From Psammoneis japonica (lineage: Eukaryota), in assembly GCA_008632985.1 (NCBI GenBank), contig QPGO01000026.1, forward strand, positions 248,001-312,000: 64,000 nt of DNA, in the 5' to 3' direction. The notes under the pieces were generated by a model. The model worked only from the letters and a program-made list of their open reading frames with translations. It did no database searches and was not told the DNA's origin. Shown in pieces: positions 1 to 10,207 of the stretch; the stretch's first letter is position 1; every line of letters begins with the position of its first letter. Position numbers and translations under genes: made by a program.

Positions 1-1978
1 AACTGGTTCACAATCTCAATACCGACTCAGTCTAGCAACATCAGCGCAGATGTTTGGCGCTGGGAAATCGACTTTCGGGGCAAATTTTCTGCGTCGCTTA
101 GATAAATTGTGTTCTCATGATTCGTTAAAGCAACGTCTTGAAACGAAATATGGTGGTGCTGCTTTTGAATGGCTCCTCGGACTTAAATATGTTGGAATCG
201 ATTTCAGACATTTAAATGTGGCCAAGCCATTCATCGAGTCCATTCGCCTTTCTNNNNNNNNNNNNNNNNNNNNNNNNNNNNNNNNNNNNNNNNNNNNNNN
301 NNNNNNNNNNNNNNNNNNNNNNNNNNNNNNNNNNNNNNNNNNNNNNNNNNNNNNNNNNNNNNNNNNNNNNNNNNNNNNNNNNNNNNNNNNNNNNNNNNNN
401 NNNNNNNNNNNNNNNNNNNNNNNNNNNNNNNNNNNNNNNNNNNNNNNNNNNNNNNNNNNNNNNNNNNNNNNNNNNNNNNNNNNNNNNNNNNNNNNNNNNN
501 NNNNNNNNNNNNNNNNNNNNNNNNNNNNNNNNNNNNNNNNNNNNNNNNNNNNNNNNNNNNNNNNNNNNNNNNNNNNNNNNNNNNNNNNNNNNNNNNNNNN
601 NNNNNNNNNNNNNNNNNNNNNNNNNNNNNNNNNNNNNNNNNNNNNNNNNNNNNNNNNNNNNNNNNNNNNNNNNNNNNNNNNNNNNNNNNNNNNNNNNNNN
701 NNNNNNNNNNNNNNNNNNNNNNNNNNNNNNNNNNNNNNNNNNNNNNNNNNNNNNNNNNNNNNNNNNNNNNNNNNNNNNNNNNNNNNNNNNNNNNNNNNNN
801 NNNNNNNNNNNNNNNNNNCTTTCTTGCAAGACTCGCGGCCGTTCGTCCAATATCTGGAAGAAAATGCTAGGGCGGAGTTGAATCCGCTTTGTGGGATGAA
901 GGAAAAACAGAAAGAGTTCTTTGTGGAATTGATTCGAGTTGCCGCCCTGTGTCTTCCTCTACGTCTCTGCACAACCATCGAAGGGCGGTTCTGGGGATTT
1001 GAAGGGGACGTCATGACGCTGGAAGTGTGTAGCGTGTTTCCCTTGTACCTACAACGCTGGGATGCCGATTACCATTTTCTGGTCATACCCCCGGTCATCT
1101 TGGACAAAGTTGCAGAGAAAAATCCAGATCCGCGGCTTCCATTTTGGAGTTCGCTGTACAATGTATGCCCAATTCAGGCGAAAGCACAGAGATCAGGTGA
1201 CTTGCTAGAGACAATGGTACAGCACATTCTTCGCTTGCGTGTGAGCGAGGAGCTCCATTTGGACCCTCGACCTCTCGGCCAGTGCCTGCCCTTCTTGGAA
1301 GGATCTATCATCGGGGAGGACACATTCCGATACGTCGACTTTAAATCATTTCCCAAAATTACGACCGTTCCAAGACCTGGAAAAACTGTCGCTGACTTGC
1401 GTAAGTTCTTCGACAACCCGTCTGCTGCTGGATTCAATGACGTCCACCCGGATGACCTTGCGAAAATAGTCGGCTTGTTTGAGAATGGAATCTTCTACGT
1501 TCCACGACCAATGTCTTCTTCTGGAGACCTGCTTTTCAGAACCGACCGTACGGATGCCATTGTCGAGATGCAGTTTAAGAACGGCAAGCAGGAGGTGAAT
1601 TCGACCATGATGGCTAAAGAGCTGCAGAAGTCGTGTTGTCACGTCAGCGAGAAGCAAGTAGTGTTTGTGATGGTCGCGCTGACAACGGACAAGACAAAAC
1701 TACCAACGGGCACAGATGTTATCGACTTAAATGGGAATACAATTGCTTGGCGTTACGAACATGGGGTGTCTTTCGGTGAAACTGTTGTCCCGTCAAATTT
1801 GGAAGTGATTGTTGTACTTGAACCTGGTCTGGTGTCATTTTTGACCGAAGCCAATGTTCAGATCCTTCGGAAAGACGGATTGGATTTAAACGACATGGCT
1901 AAGGCGACGCGGTCACCTTCAAAACGTCCTCATGACCAGTCAAAGCAAAAGGCAGATCTCTGTGCTGGAAAACAATGA
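1..1978 (+). CDS. Crinkler(CRN)-like protein: P-loop NTPase region plus C-terminal PD-(D/E)xK-like nuclease domain; 5' end uncertain, interrupted by N gap
   Basis: Walker A-like QMFGAGKSTFG near the start. C-terminal 'SSSGDLLF...VEMQFKN' resembles a restriction-endonuclease motif. Tyr and TA content are normal. Frame across the gap is unverifiable. Confidence 0.5.
   Translation, partial: TGSQSQYRLSLATSAQMFGAGKSTFGANFLRRLDKLCSHDSLKQRLETKYGGAAFEWLLGLKYVGIDFRHLNVAKPFIESIRLSXXXXXXXXXXXXXXXXXXXXXXXXXXXXXXXXXXXXXXXXXXXXXXXXXXXXXXXXXXXXXXXXXXXXXXXXXXXXXXXXXXXXXXXXXXXXXXXXXXXXXXXXXXXXXXXXXXXXXXXXXXXXXXXXXXXXXXXXXXXXXXXXXXXXXXXXXXXXXXXXXXXXXXXXXXXXXXXXXXXXXXXXXXXXXFLQDSRPFVQYLEENARAELNPLCGMKEKQKEFFVELIRVAALCLPLRLCTTIEGRFWGFEGDVMTLEVCSVFPLYLQRWDADYHFLVIPPVILDKVAEKNPDPRLPFWSSLYNVCPIQAKAQRSGDLLETMVQHILRLRVSEELHLDPRPLGQCLPFLEGSIIGEDTFRYVDFKSFPKITTVPRPGKTVADLRKFFDNPSAAGFNDVHPDDLAKIVGLFENGIFYVPRPMSSSGDLLFRTDRTDAIVEMQFKNGKQEVNSTMMAKELQKSCCHVSEKQVVFVMVALTTDKTKLPTGTDVIDLNGNTIAWRYEHGVSFGETVVPSNLEVIVVLEPGLVSFLTEANVQILRKDGLDLNDMAKATRSPSKRPHDQSKQKADLCAGKQ
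254..818. other. Assembly gap (run of N)
   Basis: Seen directly. Confidence 1.
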
Positions 1979-3089
1979 AAATGCCGCCTATCTAGCTTCT
2001 CAGTGTGGACTTTTGTTTGTCAACTACTATGACACGTCGACTCAAGAGAGAATCCCTTGAATGGAGCCAATCAGAAGAACGCTGTGTTGGTTGTATCCCG
2101 AAGCTTGAATGTTGAACAATACTTACGCAGACTTGTTCTTGCTTCCAAAGGGAATGACAATCCTTTCATCAACAGCGGTAGAAATTGCTGACGCCACCAA
2201 ATCGTTGCTACTAACCAATGTGGGTGTGGTTGGAAAGAAGGAAGCACTCCTCCTTGTGTCGTATTGTTTCAATTTAACAAATCCGCAGCACCCCGCGCTT
2301 GTCTACTTTCCTCAAGCGATGAAAAAGGATGGAATGCGCAATAATGCTCTCATCGTAAGCCGCACTGTGCTTGTCGAGGGCCCGCATTGTTGGAAAGACG
2401 TTGCTGTTCGAGACGTAACTAAGGAATTCTTGTTGGCTACTGGTGACAATGCTGGTTGTCGGTTCAATTATGTTTGACAAGGAAACGCAACCTGCTGTCT
2501 TTTGCATGTGCCAGCTGCCGCACGCGGTGAAACAACAAGATCAAAAACACATTCTGTGCTCTACAACACTTGTCTGATCCATTGTTATAATAACTGTGTA
2601 TTCAAAGTAGAACGTCTCTCTCAATCCACTGCCAGGAGCTTGTCCAAAAGGCGCCATGGATCCTGCCGATGGAACAAATGGATCTGGGAACTGTTCAAGA
2701 TGAGAATCGCTTCCCATGCGGGGGAGCCAGGACTTTGGATTGAACAAAGTCTGTTGTGTTTCGCGGCATAAGCACACTCAACATTTCCTCCCATTCCTTG
2801 TTGTCGGCCGCTCTGACGTTTCCGACAAACAACTCGTTCATCTAGTGATGGTGGAGTGAGCCAACAACAGATTTCTCAACAAGTCATTGCCGCTCATCTC
2901 ATCTGCACAACAACTGTCCAGCCAGCAACAGGCTTCTCATGAAGTTTGCAGAGCAACCTCTTCTGAGAGATGGCTGGCTTGAGGCTCACGCTGCTCCTGC
3001 CCAGAGTTGGGACAGCAAACTTTCTGTGGCAGTGCAATGGTGAACAACTTTGCTCTGCACCACACCGCACCGGCGACATGGTGGTGCAA

Positions 3090-3215
3090 TGAGTCATGTC
3101 ATCCGATCAATGCTGGGTGACATGCTCAAGAGATGCAGATCCAAGGGTGGGCCTCAAAAACATGTGTTCAAGATCAAGGAGCACTTGAAGGAGCACTTCT
3201 TGGGAGTGAACACAG
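3090..3215 (+). pseudogene. Decayed gag fragment related to the neighbouring young Copia
   Basis: VIRSM..KRCRSKGGPQKHVFKIKEHLKEHF aligns to IIRAL..KACKNQGGPKKSVYLIKEYLKKHY in ORF 4293-6371. Confidence 0.7.
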
Positions 3216-3908
3216 CCCAACACTTGGGTTTTCAACATTGACTGGTGACTTGTTTTCATGCTCATTGCTCTGACCACAGGGAATGCCTGAGCACATTCTC
3301 AGAGAAACAATTGATGTGGCAGGTTTTCAGTTTCCTCTTTGAACCATGCTCTGTAGACCTGGTGCTCAACCCGTGCATGTGTTTCTCTGTGCCGTCTTGT
3401 GGCACAAAGAAGAAGCTTGGCTGCAGTGTTGCGCACCCTGTTTTTCTAACATGCAGCATTGACGACAATCAGAAATGAGTCTCTTTGACCCTTCAACCAC
3501 CGGGCTTGAGCAAATTTCCGTGGGTGAAGATTTGCTTGCTTGTGTCACAAACATGGCAAATGAAATAATTTCAGATGTGAGTGACATTTTATTTGCACGA
3601 TTTTGTTTTGGAACATGCGCTCGCCAAAAATTTGGGGGAACCCTTTTTGCAATTTAGAAAGTTCAATGTTGACTTTTAACACTGGGTTTCTTGCAAGCTT
3701 CATCTGTGAACAGAGAGGAACTAAATCTCAACCTTTGACAATGCAGGTTGTCACAAGTTGCTGTCATCACAAACAGAGCAACGATGCCACACCCTTGAAG
3801 CAAATCTCCGCCGGTGGAGATTTGCTCCCAACAAGCAAATGCATGAGGCACACTTTGCGCAGATTGCACCCGAAATGACATTTTTGTGCTGTGCACATCA
3901 CATTGCCA

Positions 3909-4245
3909 TGTCGCGGAACATGACTCAAGCGGGACTCAAGTGATTGGGTCCCGGTCACGAGTGAAGGGTCGTGCCACCGATGACCACAGAAATCGGAGCC
4001 GACCACGAATGCCGCAATCGATCTTGAGGAACAAGATCGATGAATCGAATGGCCGAGGAGCGGCGATTTGACAAGATCGATTTGGTAAGATTGATTTGGT
4101 AAGATTGGTTTGACAAGATTGAAGTCCAGAAGAAGTAGAAAAGCAGATCATAATTTAGCGAGAGTGAGAAATGTGAAGACTATTAATTTTAGTTTTGTGT
4201 GCTACTGACAAGGTGTTAGTAGTGTCGGCATCTGGTTGTCCAACA
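3909..4245 (+). repeat. 5' LTR of young Copia
   Basis: TGTCGCGG...GTCCAACA, repeated at 9390-9726. Confidence 0.97.
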
Positions 4246-4292
4246 CGATATATATCGACAGTTTGTGGCAACACTACATTCGAGAGTAGTAA

Positions 4293-6371
4293 GTGAGAGA
4301 AGCGATGAGCAAGGAAGAACAGACCTACGAGACTTCTTTGTCGTGGAGCGGCAAGAGAGAAGACTTCGAGAATTTTTTGGTGAAATTCGAGGCATTCGAG
4401 AGCGACCACGGTTGTGACGAAGCAACCGATGTGGATCTAGGAGATAAGCTTCTCACCAAGGCGGAATACGTGAATGGAAAGAAGAAAGTAACGCAAGCTA
4501 ATGGTACAGAGACCGAAGAAGACCTCACAAAGGAGGACAAGAGGTTGTACAAGCTGAACGCGAAATCATTTTCGAAGATCATCCGTGCGTTGCCTGAAAA
4601 CTTGATCAAGGCCTGCAAGAACCAAGGTGGACCCAAGAAGTCCGTTTATTTGATCAAGGAGTACCTCAAGAAACACTACTCGGAGCAGAATGTGGTAGAT
4701 GATTACCAAAACCTCTACAAGAAGAGGTTGGAGCTAGAACCTGGAGAGTTCGAGATAGCGCTGTTCTATTTCAACGAGTTGGAGGATATTAACTCCAAGT
4801 TGGGAAAGATTGATGAAAAGTATCGCTTAGATGAGCTTCAGTTGAAGACTGATATCTATTCAAAAGTCCCGGATCAAGGTAACTGGTCCTCTTTCAAGTC
4901 CGAGTATCGCAAGGACGGCGCGATGGAGAACATTGCCTACAGTGCGTTCAAGCAGCACTATGAACGGGAGTGGAAAGCTCATGGTCCACCAGGAGGATCT
5001 ACTACATCTATAGATCGATCTTCTGGAGAGGATAAGACCCTAACTATGAAGGTACAGGGTAGCAAGTTTTTCCCGGGTAATTGTGGGAAGTGTGGCAAGA
5101 AAGGTCACAAGTCAAAATTTTGTCCTGACAAGAAGAACGCCAAGACGAAGAAATTCGATGGCGATTGCTTTTATTGCGGCAAGCATGGACATAGAGCGAG
5201 CGACTGCTTCAAGAAGAAGAAGGATGAAAAGGAGAAAGACGAAGAAACGAACGAGGTTACACTCGGAGTGTTCGATTCCGTCGACTTGGTTGAGGAGGGT
5301 AAGGACCCTATTCCAGACTCCTTCTTCGATACCTTCGATACTAAGCCTGCAGTTCGAGACGATGAGTTCGAGAGAGAGCTTAAGAGGTGGGATACTCGGT
5401 CTGGACTGGGTTACGGCTACGATAGTAGCGGCGAACGCGCGCTGTCATGGTACGAATGGAGCGAGATGGCGGACGATGAGGACGAAGAAGACGATGACGG
5501 CATGAGTATGCCGGAGCTAGAAGGTCCTTTTGTTTCTGATAAGGTCGAGGATGAAAGTATCCCGCCCTTGGAACCGCGGTATGATTCCGACAGCGATTCG
5601 GATGATGACGAGTCATTAGAGCTGATCGGCTCTCAACGCAAGTGCACCAACTGTGACGGGCCTGGACATGTCTATCGAGGCTATCGCACAACGAAGAAAG
5701 TTCAAGACGAGGACAAGGGAGACGAGGAAGACAGTATCCCGCCCTTAGTATCTCGTGGCGGTTATGATAGCGACTCGAGCGACGACGAGTCGGTTGAATT
5801 CGAGGTTGTTTGCTCGTATTGCGGACAGCCTGGACACAAATTCTGCACTCCTTTCCAAGAGTTTTGGAATAACCCGGATGAAGAGAGCGATGATGACAGT
5901 ATTCCGACTCTAGAGAGTGGTATGGACTCGGATAGTGATTCAGAGTCCGAGTTTGATTACGATTCGGACGACGACTATGACGAAATACTGATGTCCGGTG
6001 CGCAGTATGAACCAGAACGTGGCGGTGTAAGGCTACTATTGGACTCTGGCTCGACAGCACATACAAAGAGGTCTGCTGAAGGGATGCGGAACCTCAGGGA
6101 AGTGAACAAAGTCATGAAGGACGCACACGACGGGAGTTCGGTAGCGAAGCTCCAAGGAGATTTTCCATTTACGCGTCAGAATGGGGACGGTACAGTAGTT
6201 ATTACTGAGATGTACGTCCAGCCAAATTTTTCACATAACATTGTGAGTCTGACGAAGCTATTTGAGAAAAATTGCAAACGAGCCATTGTTCTCGAGTGCC
6301 CTGATGGCACGGAATTAATTTTCGAAAAATCAGCGAAAGATGGCTGTTTTATATGGAAGTTGACTCGCTGA
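4293..6371 (+). CDS. Copia Gag-protease (likely start ATG 4305)
   Basis: CCHC knuckles CGKCGKKGHKSKFC and CFYCGKHGHRASDC. Aspartic protease LLDSGSTAH. Confidence 0.9.
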   Translation: MREAMSKEEQTYETSLSWSGKREDFENFLVKFEAFESDHGCDEATDVDLGDKLLTKAEYVNGKKKVTQANGTETEEDLTKEDKRLYKLNAKSFSKIIRALPENLIKACKNQGGPKKSVYLIKEYLKKHYSEQNVVDDYQNLYKKRLELEPGEFEIALFYFNELEDINSKLGKIDEKYRLDELQLKTDIYSKVPDQGNWSSFKSEYRKDGAMENIAYSAFKQHYEREWKAHGPPGGSTTSIDRSSGEDKTLTMKVQGSKFFPGNCGKCGKKGHKSKFCPDKKNAKTKKFDGDCFYCGKHGHRASDCFKKKKDEKEKDEETNEVTLGVFDSVDLVEEGKDPIPDSFFDTFDTKPAVRDDEFERELKRWDTRSGLGYGYDSSGERALSWYEWSEMADDEDEEDDDGMSMPELEGPFVSDKVEDESIPPLEPRYDSDSDSDDDESLELIGSQRKCTNCDGPGHVYRGYRTTKKVQDEDKGDEEDSIPPLVSRGGYDSDSSDDESVEFEVVCSYCGQPGHKFCTPFQEFWNNPDEESDDDSIPTLESGMDSDSDSESEFDYDSDDDYDEILMSGAQYEPERGGVRLLLDSGSTAHTKRSAEGMRNLREVNKVMKDAHDGSSVAKLQGDFPFTRQNGDGTVVITEMYVQPNFSHNIVSLTKLFEKNCKRAIVLECPDGTELIFEKSAKDGCFIWKLTR

Positions 6372-8500
6372 CGGATGTGTCCGAAATGACCGCAGACGTT
6401 TCCGATGGACAGAAATCTGGACAAAAAGAGTCGGACAAGAAAGTCCATGTTAACCGCGCACACATTTTGCTGAACCACATGGGAGAACGCGCGATGAAAA
6501 TGGCGGCAGCAGATCTCGGTTGGAAATTGACCGGTATACCCAAGACCTGCGAGTTCTGTGTCAAGGCAAAGGCTACAGCAAAGCCAACCGTGAAGGCTAG
6601 CGATAAGAAAGCGACCAAGCCTGGTCAGCGGCTCTACCTAGACACGTCAGGACCATACAAAGCGACGCGCGGCAAGAATCGATATCATGTGATGATAGTC
6701 GATCAACTTACAGATCGACTTTGGTCGATGTTCCAAGCAAAGAAAAATGGTTTTACGGACGATATCAAAGCTTTATTGACTAAGCTGAAGGGTCAGGGGT
6801 ACCCAGTCGAGTTCTTACGGATCGACAACGCTCCGGAATGGGGTGCACTCAAGCCAATTTGTGATGAGCATGGGATCACGATCGAGTATACCTCCCCTAA
6901 TACTCCGCAGTTCAACGCGGCAGTCGAGAGAGCGTTCCCAACAGTGCGTAATATGGCATACGCGGTACTGAAAGCATCCGATTTCGACGACGCAGAGCAA
7001 AGTCGGCAATGGGCGAATGCGCTGCAGGACTGCACTATCGTTCGTAACTTGGTCCCACGTGGGGACTGGAGCAATGCTTATGAACCATTTGGAGAAAAGC
7101 CACCCGTAAAAGCCGAAGACCTGGTAGAGTTTGGCGCAAAGGGGTGGATGGCCAAGAGAAACAAGATCAAGGCCAAGTTTCAAGATCGTGCCGAGGAGGT
7201 TCGTCGCGTAGGATACGCTGAGAATCACTCGAGCGATACGTATATTGTTCAAAAGTTATCAAATCGTCGTTGTGTGTTGACACGCGACGTGGTATGGGAG
7301 TCTAAAAGACGATATGATCACCTAGACCCCGAGACAGTGGTCGAAAAGCAAACTCCGCGAGTAACTTGGGCGGACGACGCAAGACCGTCAACAGTGGTTG
7401 AAGAGATATCACGCCCCTCTCAGTCATCCGCAGACGACCCCGACTTTCATGATTCTCATTCACAAATTGAGGAGGGAGAAGAGAGTGCAACAGACGGCGG
7501 GGAATCAACGGATAGCGAAGAAAGTGACTCCGAGATGGGTGCGCCACCTGACGGACCAGGACAGACGGATAAAGAATCAGCTGTGAATAGTCGATTGGAA
7601 CGCGAGTTGAGCAAGCTGAGGACTTCTTATAACCCAGCTGGTCTCCCAAGCGACGACGAGGACGAGGTAGAAGCGGTGAATATGGTCGCAGGATATGTTG
7701 ATCCGAAGAATGATCGCGAAGCGATGACAGGCGACGAAGCTGACGAGTGGTGGAAGGGTCTAGTCACAGAATACGATGGATTTTTCGACTTGAGAACTTG
7801 GATACTGGTCAAGGAAGCCGAATTGAAAGGTAAAAAGATATCCAAGCCGCTATCAACGAAGAACGTCTACAAAAAGAAATTACACGCGATAACAAAAGAG
7901 GTGCGGTATCGCGTGCGCAACTGCATTCGGGGGTTCGATATGATACCCGGAGTTCATTTCGATGAATCTTTTGCACCTACTCCGACGGATCATACTGTGA
8001 GACTCATATTGGCGATATCATTATGGATGCTGGAACAGTTGGAAGTCGATGATATCGACGAAGCCGAGAAGGAGTGGATTGTCGGGCATTTGTTCGATGT
8101 TGTGCAGGCATTTCTGAACTCAGAGATGACTGGACCACCTGTACATGTGCATCTTCCCCCTATGTGGAAGGAGTATTGCGAATATAAAGGTTGGGAATAC
8201 AACGAGAACGATCTTTTTTTGCTCGGAAAGGCGCAATATGGGCAAGTCGATGCCGCGAAGCGCTGGATTGATATGTTTGTCGGAATCATGACTGAAAAGG
8301 GTGGCGTCGAGCTTAAACGAAGCAAGACTGACCCTTGTGTGTTGTACCGTCATGATGACAAGGGGCAATTGGAGATTATCATTTTGATTTATGTGGACGA
8401 TGGTTTCATATGTGGGAGGCCGGAAGTCGTTAAGGAAGCCAAGGACTATTTGGCGAAGAGAGTTAAGATACTGGACATTGACGAATCGACACTCATTTAG
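6353..8500 (+). CDS. Copia Pol: integrase and reverse transcriptase (continuation after 1-nt frameshift)
   Basis: HILLNH...CEFC zinc motif, DDE core (YLDTSG, RIDNAPE, PQFNAAVER), RT DVVQAFL and IYVDDG. Confidence 0.92.
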   Translation: MEVDSLTDVSEMTADVSDGQKSGQKESDKKVHVNRAHILLNHMGERAMKMAAADLGWKLTGIPKTCEFCVKAKATAKPTVKASDKKATKPGQRLYLDTSGPYKATRGKNRYHVMIVDQLTDRLWSMFQAKKNGFTDDIKALLTKLKGQGYPVEFLRIDNAPEWGALKPICDEHGITIEYTSPNTPQFNAAVERAFPTVRNMAYAVLKASDFDDAEQSRQWANALQDCTIVRNLVPRGDWSNAYEPFGEKPPVKAEDLVEFGAKGWMAKRNKIKAKFQDRAEEVRRVGYAENHSSDTYIVQKLSNRRCVLTRDVVWESKRRYDHLDPETVVEKQTPRVTWADDARPSTVVEEISRPSQSSADDPDFHDSHSQIEEGEESATDGGESTDSEESDSEMGAPPDGPGQTDKESAVNSRLERELSKLRTSYNPAGLPSDDEDEVEAVNMVAGYVDPKNDREAMTGDEADEWWKGLVTEYDGFFDLRTWILVKEAELKGKKISKPLSTKNVYKKKLHAITKEVRYRVRNCIRGFDMIPGVHFDESFAPTPTDHTVRLILAISLWMLEQLEVDDIDEAEKEWIVGHLFDVVQAFLNSEMTGPPVHVHLPPMWKEYCEYKGWEYNENDLFLLGKAQYGQVDAAKRWIDMFVGIMTEKGGVELKRSKTDPCVLYRHDDKGQLEIIILIYVDDGFICGRPEVVKEAKDYLAKRVKILDIDESTLI

Positions 8501-8514
8501 GAATTGATTATGAG

Positions 8515-9552
8515 TTGAAGAAAGACGAACACGGTTGGTACTTCGAGTGCAGCATGCGCAAGTACGTGGAGAAGATGGTTGCGGAGTACGAACAACGCTT
8601 CAAGAAGACACTTAAGGACTACGAGACACCTGGGGAGCCAGGGAAGATATTGATGAAGGCGGACGAAGACCATGAGCCAGTCGAGCAAAACGGATATCGA
8701 GCCTTCGTCGGAAAGATCCTATATGCGATGTTGAAGGTCTTACCTGATTGCGCGAATGCGATTAGAGCGCTGACAATGCATTTGACGAATCCAACTAAGG
8801 ATCACTGGCACGCGCTGGACAGACTTATGGGACATCTGAAATTTCACTATCAGCCGTTGAAGTTGAGGTCACCTTTGGAATTAAGGAGCATAGGGATATT
8901 CGACGCTGAGTGGGGGACGGACAAGAATGACAGAAAGAGCATTTCGAGTGACATTTCCACACTGGGCGGTACGTCGTTAACTAATTGGCAATCGAAGAAG
9001 CAGACCTCTGTGGCGCTGAGCAGTTGTGAAAGTGAGACCATAGCGGGCACGGCGTGCGCGCAGAGCATACAATTCCAGAATCATTTATTGGAAGAGCTGG
9101 TAGGTACGGACATGTTGAAGATGCCGAGTTATGCGTACGGAGACAACGCCGCATCACTGTTTCTGGCTGTTAACAACCAAGTGGGACAGCGGACGAAACA
9201 CATTCACATTCGTGATAGATATTTGGGCGAGTTGGTTCAACGTGGAGAGATTGAACCACGTCATGTCAGTACGGAGAAGAACCCGGCAGATGTCAACACC
9301 AAGAACGCGAAGATCGAAACGCACAAGAGACTAGCTCAGAACCTGTATGACGGATTCGTGATGGTTGAACCGGAACCAATCAAGGAGGGTGTCGCGGAAC
9401 ATGACTCAAGCGGGACTCAAGTGATTGGGTCCCGGTCACGAGTGAAGGGTCGTGCCACCGATGACCACAGAAATCGGAGCCGACCACGAATGCCGCAATC
9501 GATCTTGAGGAACAAGATCGATGAATCGAATGGCCGAGGAGCGGCGATTTGA
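8515..9552 (+). CDS. Copia Pol: RT C-terminus and RNase H (after second 1-nt frameshift)
   Basis: DAEWG..DRKS, WQSKKQTSVALSSCESE, DNAAS, RTKHIHIR, NPADVNTK. Confidence 0.92.
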   Translation: MKKDEHGWYFECSMRKYVEKMVAEYEQRFKKTLKDYETPGEPGKILMKADEDHEPVEQNGYRAFVGKILYAMLKVLPDCANAIRALTMHLTNPTKDHWHALDRLMGHLKFHYQPLKLRSPLELRSIGIFDAEWGTDKNDRKSISSDISTLGGTSLTNWQSKKQTSVALSSCESETIAGTACAQSIQFQNHLLEELVGTDMLKMPSYAYGDNAASLFLAVNNQVGQRTKHIHIRDRYLGELVQRGEIEPRHVSTEKNPADVNTKNAKIETHKRLAQNLYDGFVMVEPEPIKEGVAEHDSSGTQVIGSRSRVKGRATDDHRNRSRPRMPQSILRNKIDESNGRGAAI

Positions 9553-9726
9553 CAAGATCGATTTGGTAAGATTGATTTGGTAAGATTGGTTTGACAAGAT
9601 TGAAGTCCAGAAGAAGTAGAAAAGCAGATCATAATTTAGCGAGAGTGAGAAATGTGAAGACTATTAATTTTAGTTTTGTGTGCTACTGACAAGGTGTTAG
9701 TAGTGTCGGCATCTGGTTGTCCAACA
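9390..9726 (+). repeat. 3' LTR of young Copia
   Basis: Copy of 3909-4245. Confidence 0.97.
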
Positions 9727-10207
9727 TTGCCACAAAAGTGCATGACATGTCACAAATCCTAGAGTGGAGCAAATCTCCACCCGTGGAGATTTGCTCCCCT
9801 GATGGTTGAAGGGTCAAGAAAATTTCTGTCACTGGCAAGCACCAGAAATGGATTGGCGCCCACCATCTTCTGAGTCAGTGATGCAGAGTCATGTGTGAAT
9901 GCATCACTGGTGTGACCAGCAATGGATTGGTGTGGTGATGGGTGAATCCATTGCTGGCAAGCACCACACAAATGGATTGGCACCCACCATCTTCCGAGTC
10001 AGTGATGCAGCATGACAGGCAAATCCATTGCTGGCAAGCACCTGCAACAGGGTGATGGACTTGTGCAACTTGATGTGATGCAACATTGTGGGATGAATGA
10101 TCTTGTTTCTGTGCAAATTAAAGATGCGCAGTTTCACTCTCCATCCCTGTGCATCTCTTTCAGTCAAACCACAATGAGATGAGCTCCTTTTGCCAAGCAT
10201 GATGGCT

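Larger units (their letters stand above)
3909..9726 (+). mobile_element. Young full-length Ty1/Copia (CoDi-like) LTR retrotransposon
   Basis: 337-bp TG...CA LTRs at 3909-4245 and 9390-9726, identical by eye. TSD TTGCCA, polypurine tract AAGGAGGG, domain order gag-PR-IN-RT-RH. Confidence 0.97.
3489..9813. mobile_element. Non-autonomous piggyBac-like MITE (~0.5 kb), split by the young Copia
   Basis: TIRs CCCTTCAACCA (3489) and TGGTTGAAGGG (9813). Subterminal GAGCAAATCTCC..GGAGATTTGCTC hairpins. Flanks TTGA (3485-3488) and TCAA (9814-9817) are both one TA transition from TTAA. Confidence 0.75.

Noticed and set aside
2109..2477. 122-aa ORF as a gene
   Set aside because: No ATG at the predicted start, no recognisable domain, and it lies next to a mutated block.
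6340..8515. Programmed frameshifts in the young Copia
   Set aside because: Both breaks look like single-base deletions (DG[L]FYM near 6345; DI[G]RIDTHLG near 8480), the second inside RT. They are mutations or assembly errors.
9840..10030. CRISPR-like short repeats
   Set aside because: Two or three irregular degenerate duplications in a eukaryotic repeat block, with no regular spacers or cas genes.
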